Assembly (NCBI RefSeq): GCF_009914755.1
Contig: NC_060926.1
DNA length: 64,000 nucleotides
Reading direction: 5' to 3' (one strand)
From: the human T2T-CHM13v2.0 reference genome, Homo sapiens
Made by a program: the position numbers and the translations under genes. Below, piece after piece: positions 1-9,946 of this stretch. Each line of letters starts with the position of its first letter. Positions within the stretch are counted from its first letter, which is position 1. Under the pieces are notes generated by a model. The model was not told where the DNA came from and did no database searches. It saw nothing but the letters and a program-made list of their open reading frames with translations.

Positions 1-1386
1 GTGAAAAGGAAACGACTGGAAGTCTTAGTGAGGTACAAAGAGGTTATGAATACTACCTATAGAGACAAGATGCTATGGAAAATCAAAGACTTTCTTTCCT
101 TGAAAGGGCAAAGGCAGAAAGAACTTATGAAGGAAAGCTGAAAGGGAGATAATAGGATCAGAGAGATGAGAAAGGACTGTAGTTCTTAACTTAGTGTGCC
201 GCGTTTTTATCTATTATACCCTTAAAGATGAAATGTTAACAAAAAGAATTACATGTTGAATGGCCATTTGCCACCCATCTGTCTTAATAAAATGAAATCA
301 AAGAAAATAATTTTTTTGCCTCTTAAAGCAACTATGTTAATGTTAATCAAGCACGATGAAATCATCGATATTTTGAACTATATGAAATTTTTAGATATCA
401 TTTCATATGGAAACATTAAAAATCCCAAGCTGTTGAAATTATGTCAGTTTTAAATGCCAAAATATAAGTTGTTAATAGAATTTTAACAGACTGCCCTATG
501 AGCTTTCAAACTTGGAATAAGAAGTCTGGAATCTTATTTGATATAAAGCTAAATTGAATAACATATAAAATTCTGTATTATTTCAAATTCTAAGAAATGA
601 GGATGAAGTATAATATTAATCTTAAACATACTCTTAAATAAGTTCATTTTCTTTAACTATAGGAGAAAGTGTTAAAGATTCAAATTGAGTTTAAGAACCA
701 TAACTAGTTTTGAAAAGTTCTCTCTTTAACTTTATAAATGCATATTCTCTCACCTCCAGATTGTACTTTATAAAAATCATTAAATTGGAATCTTTCATTT
801 TAGGAAAAAATGGCAGACTTGAATAGAAATGAAACTTGGAACTCTTACAGAACTTCTATTTTACAAAAATATAAAGATTTTAGCCAAGAATTTTTATTAT
901 CCTATTATCAAAGCCGACTGCCAATTTTCCCATCGTACATCTTGAAAAACTTTATGTGCTTGCTCTTTCCTTGATAACATGAACATTGTTATAGAGTGCA
1001 GTATGTAGAAGTAAACTGTTGTTGTAATTTTTGAAAACATTATTTCCAGTGCCCTCTAAAAAAAAGAAATAGGCATTGGTAGACTTACTTATAAGTTACA
1101 TCATAAGATAAAACACCAAACATACCTGATCAATAATAAAATTAATGTAATAAAAATTTATCTTGAAAATAGCCTTCTGAGTGTTTAATACCACAAATAT
1201 TTTCAGAAACACAACCAAAACATTTCAAATAGCAAAGAGTTGTTAAGAAGCTCGTATATCAGAATCAAAATAAAAGACAGAGCTAATGGTGCACAGATTG
1301 GTACAATGTCATTTGGTTTTAAATTATATCCAGTTGGTAATCTCTAAAGCAGCATTTGCAGATATTCTACTAAAAATGTAAGTGTA

Positions 1387-1689
1387 GGCCGGGCGCGGTG
1401 GCTCATGCCTGTAATCCCAGCACTTTGGGAGGCCAAGGCGAACGGATCACGAGGTCAGGAGATCGAGACCATCCTGGCATGGTGAAACCCTGTCTCTACT
1501 TAAAAAAATACAAAAAATTAGCCGGGCGTGGTGCCAGGCGCCTGTAGTCCCAGCTACTCAGGAGGCTGAGGCAGGAGAATGGCGTGAACCCAGGAGGCGG
1601 AGCTTGCAGTGAGCCAAGATGGAGCCACTGCACTCCACCCTGGGCGACAGAGCAAGACTCCGTCTCAAAAAAAAAAAAAAAAAAAAAAA
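1387..1689 (+). mobile_element. AluY-like SINE, full length
   Basis: Starts GGCCGGGCGCGGTGGCTCA; AluY diagnostics (GGAGATCGAGACCATCCTGGC, GGCGTGAACCC..GGAGCTTGCAGTGAG); A tail; degenerate TSD aaaa(t/g)gtaagtg(t/c)a on both sides. Confidence 0.96.
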
Positions 1690-1711
1690 GGTAAGTGCAT
1701 ACAATACAGTT

Positions 1712-3075
1712 ATTCATTAATACAATTTTATTGAAAACTTACAGTATGTCAGACACTGTGTTAGATGCTGGACAATCAATGTTGTGCACAATAGGTCAAG
1801 CCTCTCCTTAAGAAGTTAACACATTCCTGGGATTCCAGGCAAAAAGAGAAGTATAATACAATATGAAACATGGTGTAAATAAAGTGAGTAATATTGCACT
1901 AAAGTAGCGTACCAGATTTAGAGGTAAAGAATGTATCTTTGAGAAACAGTTAAGTAGATATCTCTGAGACATGAAGAAGGAATAGAGAAGTCAGGAGTGA
2001 AGATGGTGGAAAAAAATGCATTCAAGTAAAAAAGAACAGCTTGCATTTAGTACATACTTAAGAAAGAGGGAAGAGAGGATGGAAAGATATAACAAGAAAG
2101 GGAGGGAGAAAGGGGTGTTAGAAGGACAAGAGAAAGAAAAATGGTATTTTCTAAAAATAAGAATTAGTAGGGATAGCTACAGCTTAGAATTTGAGTGAGA
2201 AACAGTAGTAAGAAATGAAACTGGAAATAGCTGCATGAGCGGAATGACTTTGGAAGCCACGTGAAGAAGTTTGGATGTTTTCCTAAATACAATGGAGAGG
2301 TATTGTAGTTTTAAGCAGATGACATGATACTATTTCTAGAAAGAAAATTGGTTACTAATGAAAAATAGACCAGCAGGGAGAAACACTGGTTAAGGAAATT
2401 GTGTAAGAGGTCTTTTAGGGAAGAATTAGTGCAACTCTTAAAGAACTTCTATTTAACAAAATATAAAGATTTTAACTGAAGTCTTTATATTACTAAGGCA
2501 GGAGCTAAAGTGGATAGAGCAAAGTTTTCAGATTTAGAAATACTTGAAAGGGAGAATGGAAAGAACTTGGCAAGTGATTAGATGTGGGTGGTGAGGAAGC
2601 AGGAGTCAAAAGATCATTCTGAACTAGCTCCAGATTTTTTTTTTTTCTTTTTTGAGATGGAGTCTTGCTCTGTCGCCCAGGCTGGAGTGCAGTGGCATGA
2701 TCTCGGCTCACTGCAACCTCCGCCTACCGGCTTCAAGCAATTCTCCTGCAATTCTCCTGTCTCTGCCTCCCGAGTAGCTGGAATTACAGGCACGCACCAC
2801 TGTGCCCAGCTAATTTTTGTATTTTTAGTAGAGACGGGGTTTCACGATATTGGCCAGGCTGGTCTTGAACTCCTGACCTCAAGTGATCCAGCTGCCTCGG
2901 CCTCCCAAGGTGCTGGGATTACAGGCGTGAGCCACCGCACCCGGCTGACTAGCTGCAGATTTCTAAGTCAATACTTGAAGTGAGGATGGTGTTCTTCATT
3001 AAGTTATCAAATACTGGAGAAAAAATCAATTTAGTAAAGGTGAGAAGACTTGAGTCATGTGAATGAAGTTCCTCT
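1712..3075 (-). mobile_element. L2 LINE fragment (old), interrupted by an Alu and by a short local duplication
   Basis: attcattaa..ttattgaaaacttacagtatgtcagacactgtgttagatgctg resembles the reverse-complemented L2 3' end; purine-rich L2-like body continues on both sides of the Alu; boundaries approximate. Confidence 0.7.
2635..2945 (-). mobile_element. AluS (Sx/Sz-like) SINE
   Basis: T tract followed by gagatggagtcttgctctgtcgccc...gagccaccgcacccggc; TSD actagct(c/g)cagatt; small internal tandem duplication gcaattctcct at about 2737-2759. Confidence 0.96.
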
Positions 3076-3107
3076 GGCACATCGATATGTGCCAGATATA
3101 GGTTGAT

Positions 3108-3300
3108 ATAGATCTATAAATAGTCTTAATTATAGATCTATATATAGATCTATAAATAGTCATATATACTATATATAGATCTATAAATAGTCTTATTTAT
3201 AGATAGGTAGATAGAAATATCTATAAATAGGACTATTTATAGATCTATATATGTATATCCTAATAGTTGTATTTATAGATAGGACTATTTATAGATCTAT
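3108..3300. repeat. AT-rich minisatellite-like array of ATAGATCTATAAATAGTC units in both orientations
   Basis: Forward units atagatctataaatagtc in the left part; reverse-complement units gactatttatagatctat in the right part. Confidence 0.85.
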
Positions 3301-3339
3301 GCACACCAATAGAGACTTGCACTGATGATATGATGCAGG

Positions 3340-4420
3340 CAGGACAAGTTCATAGGACTGTGACCTATGCAGTTGCACAAGTTTCCTTGCTCAGAAGGTT
3401 CCTATATTGATTTAGCAGTGTACTGTCATCATCTTGAAATTCTAAATAATTTTATTCTGAACTTATGTTTTATAAGTGAAGTCCAGTAAGACAGTAGAAC
3501 ATACATGTGAACAGAAGAGATATGTGCAAAATGCATGCCTGCTGCATCTCCTTACCCCTCTTCTCATACAGCACCTGTGATGCCCTGTGACTACAGAGTT
3601 CCAGTAGAACTATAATCTGTGGAAGTTCAAGAAGACTTAAAGCAGGTACAAAGTAAGTCCATTATATTTATAATGAGTAATCAGAGATGCTGACAGCACT
3701 GAGATGTCATGCTTTTATGTTTGAATCAGAACTGTCTTCTAACACAGAAATAAGGTAATGACATTCTTTAAAACAATGAATGACCAATACTCTATTATAT
3801 CCTTTCCTTCTCACGTTATTGCTCTGCATTAACTAACCACTTATGCTGAAAATGTTAACATGAATGAAAGGGAAAGTTAGTCCAACCATAGCTTCCTTTT
3901 TATTTCAGTCCTTCCTTACTCATCAGCAAGCCTAAGTAGAAAGTGTTGTGTGTATCAAGGGCTGAGAAGTGGAGAGGAGGTGATCAATGGGAGGGAAGGA
4001 GAGAAACAGGAGATGGCTAATAATGGTAATAGAGTTTGCCTTTTGGGTGATGAAAATGTTCTAAATTCGATTGTGATGATGGTTGCACAACTCTGTGAAC
4101 AAACTGAAAACCATTGGATTGTACACTTTACATTGGTGAATTGTATGATATGTGAATTATATCTCAGTAAAACAGTTTTTTAAAAAGAAATGAAATAAAA
4201 ACAGTCAAGTTAGTTTTGTTCAATATTTCTACAGTTCTGATAAGCACAAAATGCATATGCAGGTGCAGGCTATGAAACACAAATTGTGTAATGGTCATTC
4301 TGCTTATGCATTCAATGCTCTTGTATTTGCATTTAAAATTGTCATTGCACAATATAAAAATGAATGGCCCATTAAAATAGTGCACTACTTCAATACATTG
4401 ATAAATGATGAATATACATT
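3340..4420. mobile_element. hAT-Tip100 DNA transposon fossil (MER91/Zaphod-like), interrupted by an L1 fragment
   Basis: tgtgacctatgcagttgcaca..gctcagaagg..tgtcatcatcttgaaattctaaataatttt matches the recalled MER91/Zaphod terminus; similar sequence appears to resume after about 4190. Confidence 0.55.
3958..4188 (+). mobile_element. L1M (L1MB-like) 3' UTR fragment
   Basis: ttttgggtgatgaaaatgttctaaa..gatggttgcacaactctgtgaa..attgtacacttta..gtgaattatatctcagtaaa is a typical L1MB 3' end. Confidence 0.85.
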
Positions 4421-5007
4421 CCAGTTAGAGTTAAGCTGTAATTATATAGCCAGAATATTGCAAGTATCTTGAATACTATACTGAAAATATATACATACAA
4501 AAATTTATATGTGTTAGTAAGAAACTGACTTTTAAAATTTTGATAATGAAAGACTCATGTTTTTCTATAAAATGAAAGAAACATTTGCAAAAAGACAAAA
4601 TCACTTTTCCTTCAGTCCATATCTTTCCTCCATTTCTCTTACAGGAAAAACAAACAAAACAAAACAAATCTTAAGTTCCTTGATTATTTTCTAAAGTTAT
4701 CTTTCAAAGGAATGGGAAATTGCACTTAAATTTTATTTTCTTGTAATTTATTTCAAGTACCTTAGGAAAACATTGTTAAGTATATAGAAAGCATCTAGTT
4801 GACATCAAATAAGATTTGAAAGAATTATATCAACGTAATATACTCTTTTGATAAAATGAAGAAATATATACTATTAATCTCTCTAGTTTTTTATCATTAA
4901 CAAGGTGAATAAAATGAATTCTCACAGGTCAACCAATTTCCATGTTGATGACTGAAACAGGTCTGACTTCCAGAGTAGGTTACTCCAACTCAATTTACTA
5001 ATCCTAT

Positions 5008-5570
5008 TGTAATGAAACCCAGGCTCAACTGCTTGCTGCTCAAAAGCCAGACATGAGAGAGAGGAGTTGGTGGGAGGAAAAGCAGGTTTATTCAGAGAGC
5101 AAGAAAACTGAGAGATGATGAACTAGCATTCTAAGGTACCCACAAAAACTAAAAAGAAAATAAAAAGAATGAAGCACTATCTTACATTTTAAATTTCACC
5201 ACAGGGTTTTTAAAGAGAAAGTTGGTATGGGAGACATGCAGGAATGGTACGAGGTGCAGGGTATGTGTGTCTTTGTTCCAATTGCTATCTTGGGCAATCA
5301 CCCATCTAGAGGTCTGGTTGATGATATCTTGACATCCACCCAATGGTTGTAGACTAATTGTTGCCAACTCCCTGTAAGTGGGAGGATTCAACAGGGGCTC
5401 CATGTCTGGTTTGTTTCAAGGTTAGCCTCTGGGATTTCTCAAACAAGAACATAATTAGATAAGCACGTATTGCCAGAGGAGATTATCTGAGAAGAAGGGA
5501 AGTAAATGGTGAGAGAGGAGAGAAAAAAGAAAATGGGTGATTTGGTAAGTTAGAAATGCAGAGAAATTGT
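5008..5570 (-). mobile_element. ERV1-class solo LTR (MER67/MER31-like; subfamily uncertain)
   Basis: Begins tgt; aaagccagacatgagagagaggagttggtgggaggaaaagcaggtttattc contains the reverse-complemented polyA signal; right boundary approximate. Confidence 0.6.
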
Positions 5571-6959
5571 GTAGATAAGCAGCAAGAATACTCCAGGAAA
5601 ACAAATCATATTTGAGAAAAGATGATATAGCTGCCTAAATACTGAGTCTAAATTTGTATACACAATAGGTATACAGTTTATATAACTATTATCTATTGAA
5701 GCTAAACTCTGTTAAGTGCATAAGTAATACTAATATGGCCAGGCCAAGACTAAGACCTTGTTCTTCATTTCAAACTTCCTATGTATGTTGCTAATGTTTG
5801 GACACCAATTTTTAGTTTCCTTTACATTGTTTCACAAGAACTGAGCATATACATCTAAACTTAATATAAATTACAGATGCTAATAACAATGAGGAATTAT
5901 GAATAGAAGTTTGCCTATGATACTCTCCTCACAATACGACTTAGATTCAAACCTGCCTTTGAGTATGGGTCTAATAATAGTTACTTTAGCATAAATTTAA
6001 AGTCACTAACATACCTCCTGGGACTGTATCCCCTATGCCTAATCATGTAACAAAAGGTTTTGACTTATTTTAAATGGAATATAGTCAAATTAGTCAACAC
6101 CATCTTTTGTAGCAGTAGAGAGAAAAACGAGCTTTTTTTTATTTTACAAGCTATAGATCTATACCATTACAATCAAATGTATTTTATTCTTTGTCTGAGT
6201 TTAAAGTCAGTGCTGCTTGTCTAATTTTAAAGACCAAGTCATACTTATTCTCACTCAATAATACATTCAGTTTCAAAAGACTTGGAGAGCTTCACTATCT
6301 GAAATTAACATACTTTAATCACTTGAGTAAGATATAAAGCCCATGAGGCCAATCTATAACAACTAATACTTCAATATTTTTCGCTAGCTCTATCTCCACT
6401 TCAACAAATCAGTATTTTATAAACTGGAAAATAGGTAGGTGGACCCCAGCCTTCACAGACTTAGTAATCTATTAAATTACTTTAATATTTTATACTCCAC
6501 TTTTCTTTAAAATTTTATAAATAGTTACTAAAAATTTCCAATAAAAAATGTCTTTGTTTCCAGAAAAAACAATAATGCATTACTTAAACGCATCATCCAA
6601 ACAATGGCAAATGCATGACTTATTCATATATCAATGGACTCCCTAAGTAATGATGGTCAGTTATAATACATTAGGTGCCTTCAGAATTTAACACTTAATG
6701 TATTCAACAAATAGATTATGAGGTTGAATATTTCACTAAAGAAATAGAATTAGTATTGGGAAAAATGGATTTTTTTTCTATGAAATTCTAGAAAGAGAAA
6801 TACAATCCTGAATTTGAGAACTCAGTATGTGTTTACTAGTCAAGTGGACATTAATGAGAAAAGTTTTAGTGACATGAAAGATAAGGCTATATGATATATC
6901 CAAACTGAAGCAAGAGAAAAAATATTGATTAAAAACAAAGCAAAGTAAAAGAGCAGAGG

Positions 6960-7062
6960 TATGTATTTTTATATATATACACATATATACATATATGCAT
7001 ATACACATGCATACACATACATATGCATACATACATAAACACACAACACATAAACATATATC
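6960..7062. repeat. (TA)n/(TACA)n/(CA)n low-complexity tract
   Basis: Directly visible alternating purine-pyrimidine repeats. Confidence 0.9.
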
Positions 7063-7063
7063 C

Positions 7064-7945
7064 ACCATGATTAAGTGGGCTTCATACTAGGAATGCAGAG
7101 ATGGTTTAACATATGCAAGTCAATACATGTGATAAACCATATAAACAGAATTTAAAACCAAAATCACATGATCATCACAATAGATGCAGAAAAAACATTT
7201 GACAAAATCCAGCATCCTTTAATAATTAAAATCCTCAGCAAAATCAGCATACAAGGAACATACCTTAATGTAATACAAGCCATCTATGACAAACCCACAG
7301 CCAACATAATACTGAACAGGGAAAAGTTGAAATCTTTCCCTCTAAAAACTGCAACAAGACAAGGATTCCCACTCTCACCACTTCTATTCAACACAGTACT
7401 GGAAGTCCTAGCCAAAGCAATCAGACAAGAGAAAAAAATAAAGGGCATCCAAACCAGTAAAGAGGAAGTCAAACTGTCACTGCTGATGATATGATCGTAT
7501 AACTAGAAAACCCTAAAGACTCCTCCAAAATGCTCCTATAACTGATAAATGAATTCAGGAAGTTTCAGGATACAAAATTAATGCACACAAATCAGTAGCT
7601 CTGCTATATACTAACAACAACCAAGCTGATAATCAAATCAAGAACTCAACTCCTTTTACAACAGCTGCAAAAAAAAAAAATTAAAATACTTCGAAATATA
7701 CCTAACCAAGGAGGTAAAAGACCTCTACAAGGAAAACTACAAAACACTACTGGAAGAAATCATAGATGACACAAACAAATGGAAACACATCACATGCTCA
7801 TGGATGGGTAGAATCAATATTGTGAAAATGACCATATTGTTAAAAGTGATCTACAAATTCAATGCAATTCCCATAGAAATACCACCATCATTCTTCACAG
7901 AACTAGAAAAAAACCACCTTAAAATATGTAGAGAAACAAAAGAGA
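7064..7945 (+). mobile_element. L1PB-like ORF2 fragment (reverse transcriptase region), frameshifted
   Basis: ORF 7168-7494 [42 protein letters not shown] is L1 ORF2p RT; the FADD motif region (ctgtcactgctgatgatatgatc) is disrupted by a small deletion. Confidence 0.93.
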
Positions 7946-9821
7946 GCTAGCATAACCTAAATGTTAGTTTTTGAAAAGACTATTAGGTTAAACCCTAGAA
8001 AAGTTAATTAAGTACAAAGAAGGTACAACTTACCAATATTAAGAATGATACAGGCAAAATCATTACTGATCTTAAGGATATTATAATTAAAGTTACCCCA
8101 ATTAACACAAAACAAGTGGAAAATCTTAATAGTTTTATATTTAATTAAAATAATTGAATCTATAACTAAAAACCTTCCCATAAATAAATCTCCAAATTAA
8201 ATAACCTTGACTGGCAAATTTTCTCAAACATTTAAGAAAGAAATAATATCAACTTTATACACATGTTCCAAAGAATGGAAAAAGAAGAAACATTTATCAA
8301 CTAATTCTATGAAGTAAGCAAAACCATGATAATTGAAAGCTTGCAGAGACATTAAAAGGAAAAAACAAGTGCAGACAATACCTCTTATCAGCATAGATGC
8401 AAAATATAAGTGCAAAATTGGCAAATAAAAAATATAAATGACAAAGCAATGTATCCATCATGACAAAACTGGGTTTAATCTTGGACTACAAAGGTTATTT
8501 AACATTTAAAAAACAGCCAATGTAATTTTCCAAATTTACAAAAAAAGAAAAACTTTATAAACTTCAATGGATGCAGACTAAGCTCTTATAAAATTTAACA
8601 CCTATTTATATAAAAATCAAACTCTCTCAGCCAGCTAAAAAACAGGAACATTATTATGCTGAAGAAGTTATGTAACAATAACCAAATGGTTGCAGCAAAT
8701 ATCATTTACAGAAAAAGTGAAAACTTCCCTCTGAAATTTGGAATGAGGTAAAGAAATCCTGTATCACTATTTCTAGTTATATTTTACTGAAATTACTACC
8801 AAAGCAATAATGAAAGAAAAAAATAAAACATACAAGAAAATATACAGGGACAATATACAACTTCTCTGTATAAAATAATTTTTATACAGGGAAAATAAAA
8901 TTGAAGAAACTGCAGAAGGATCTACAAGGAAACTATAAAAATTGAGTTAGGAAGGTTGCAAGATTTAAGGCCAATATACAATAAAAGGACAAATTATTTC
9001 TGTATAACACCAACAAGCTGTTAGAATATGAAATTATAAATATGATACCATTTGCAACAGCAAAAAAAATCATCAATATGAAAGACATAAAATACCTCAG
9101 CACTGGAAGCTCTGTCACTATTGAGAAAATGTGAAGATGTCTTCAGTAAATGGAAGTTTGTAACATGATTATGAATTGAAGAATTCAATATTGTAAAGAA
9201 GATACATAAATTCCTCAAAATCCCAATCAATATCCCTGCAAGTTTTATTAGTAATTGGGAAGTTGCTTCTCAAGTAGACGTGGGAATGCTTCACATCTAA
9301 AATACCCAAGACATATCTGGAAAAGAACAATATTGGAGAACTTACAATACAAAATATCATGAATTTGTATAAAGCCACAGTAATGAAGACAGTAGGCAGT
9401 ATTTAAGACAGTAGGGTATAGGTTAAGGATAAACACATTTATAAAGGGAACAGAGTAGAGTTCATAAATAGGCCTACACATACATTCAAAGTTATTTTAT
9501 GACAAAGGTGCCACTGCAATACAATAGGGAAATAATAAGCTTCCTAATCAATAGTGTTGGGTAAATTGGATTTGCATACAAAAAGTTATTTTCACCCATA
9601 TCTCATCCCATGCACAAAAATTAATTATACATTTAAACATAGGTCTGAGTATAGATAATTAGACAATAAAGTTCATTGAAGATGACAGAGGATAATTCAT
9701 TCATGAGCTCGGGAAAGGCAGATTTTTTTAAAATAGAGTCTCAAAAAGCACTAACCATAAGTGATTAATAAATGCACAAAAATGAAGGAAATAGAGAATC
9801 TCCTTAAAATACCACAGTAAT

Positions 9822-9823
<2 letters not shown>

Positions 9824-9858
<35 letters not shown>

Positions 9859-9946
9859 AGACGGAGTCTCGCTCTGTCGCCCAGGCTGGAGTGCAGTGGC
9901 GCGATCTCGGCTCACTGCAAGCTCCGCCTCCCGGGTTCACGCCATT
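9824..9946 (-). mobile_element. 5'-truncated young AluY (3' end of the right monomer only)
   Basis: Pure T34 tract plus about 89 bp matching recalled AluY consensus with CpGs intact; perfect TSD cacagtaataattttt at 9813 and 9947. Confidence 0.96.

Noticed and set aside
2582-2983. 133-aa ORF and similar Alu-overlapping ORFs (1496, 22502, 44481, 53520, 54205, 58628)
   Set aside because: These are translations of Alu sequence (typical [12 protein letters not shown] / [15 protein letters not shown] peptides), not genes
3108-3300. Short repeat arrays as CRISPR-like (also 24028, 26564, 42727)
   Set aside because: No unique regularly sized spacers, too few units, no cas genes, and a eukaryotic context
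7168-7494. Reverse-transcriptase-like ORF as a novel RT system
   Set aside because: It is a frameshifted fragment of ordinary L1 ORF2 with a disrupted catalytic motif
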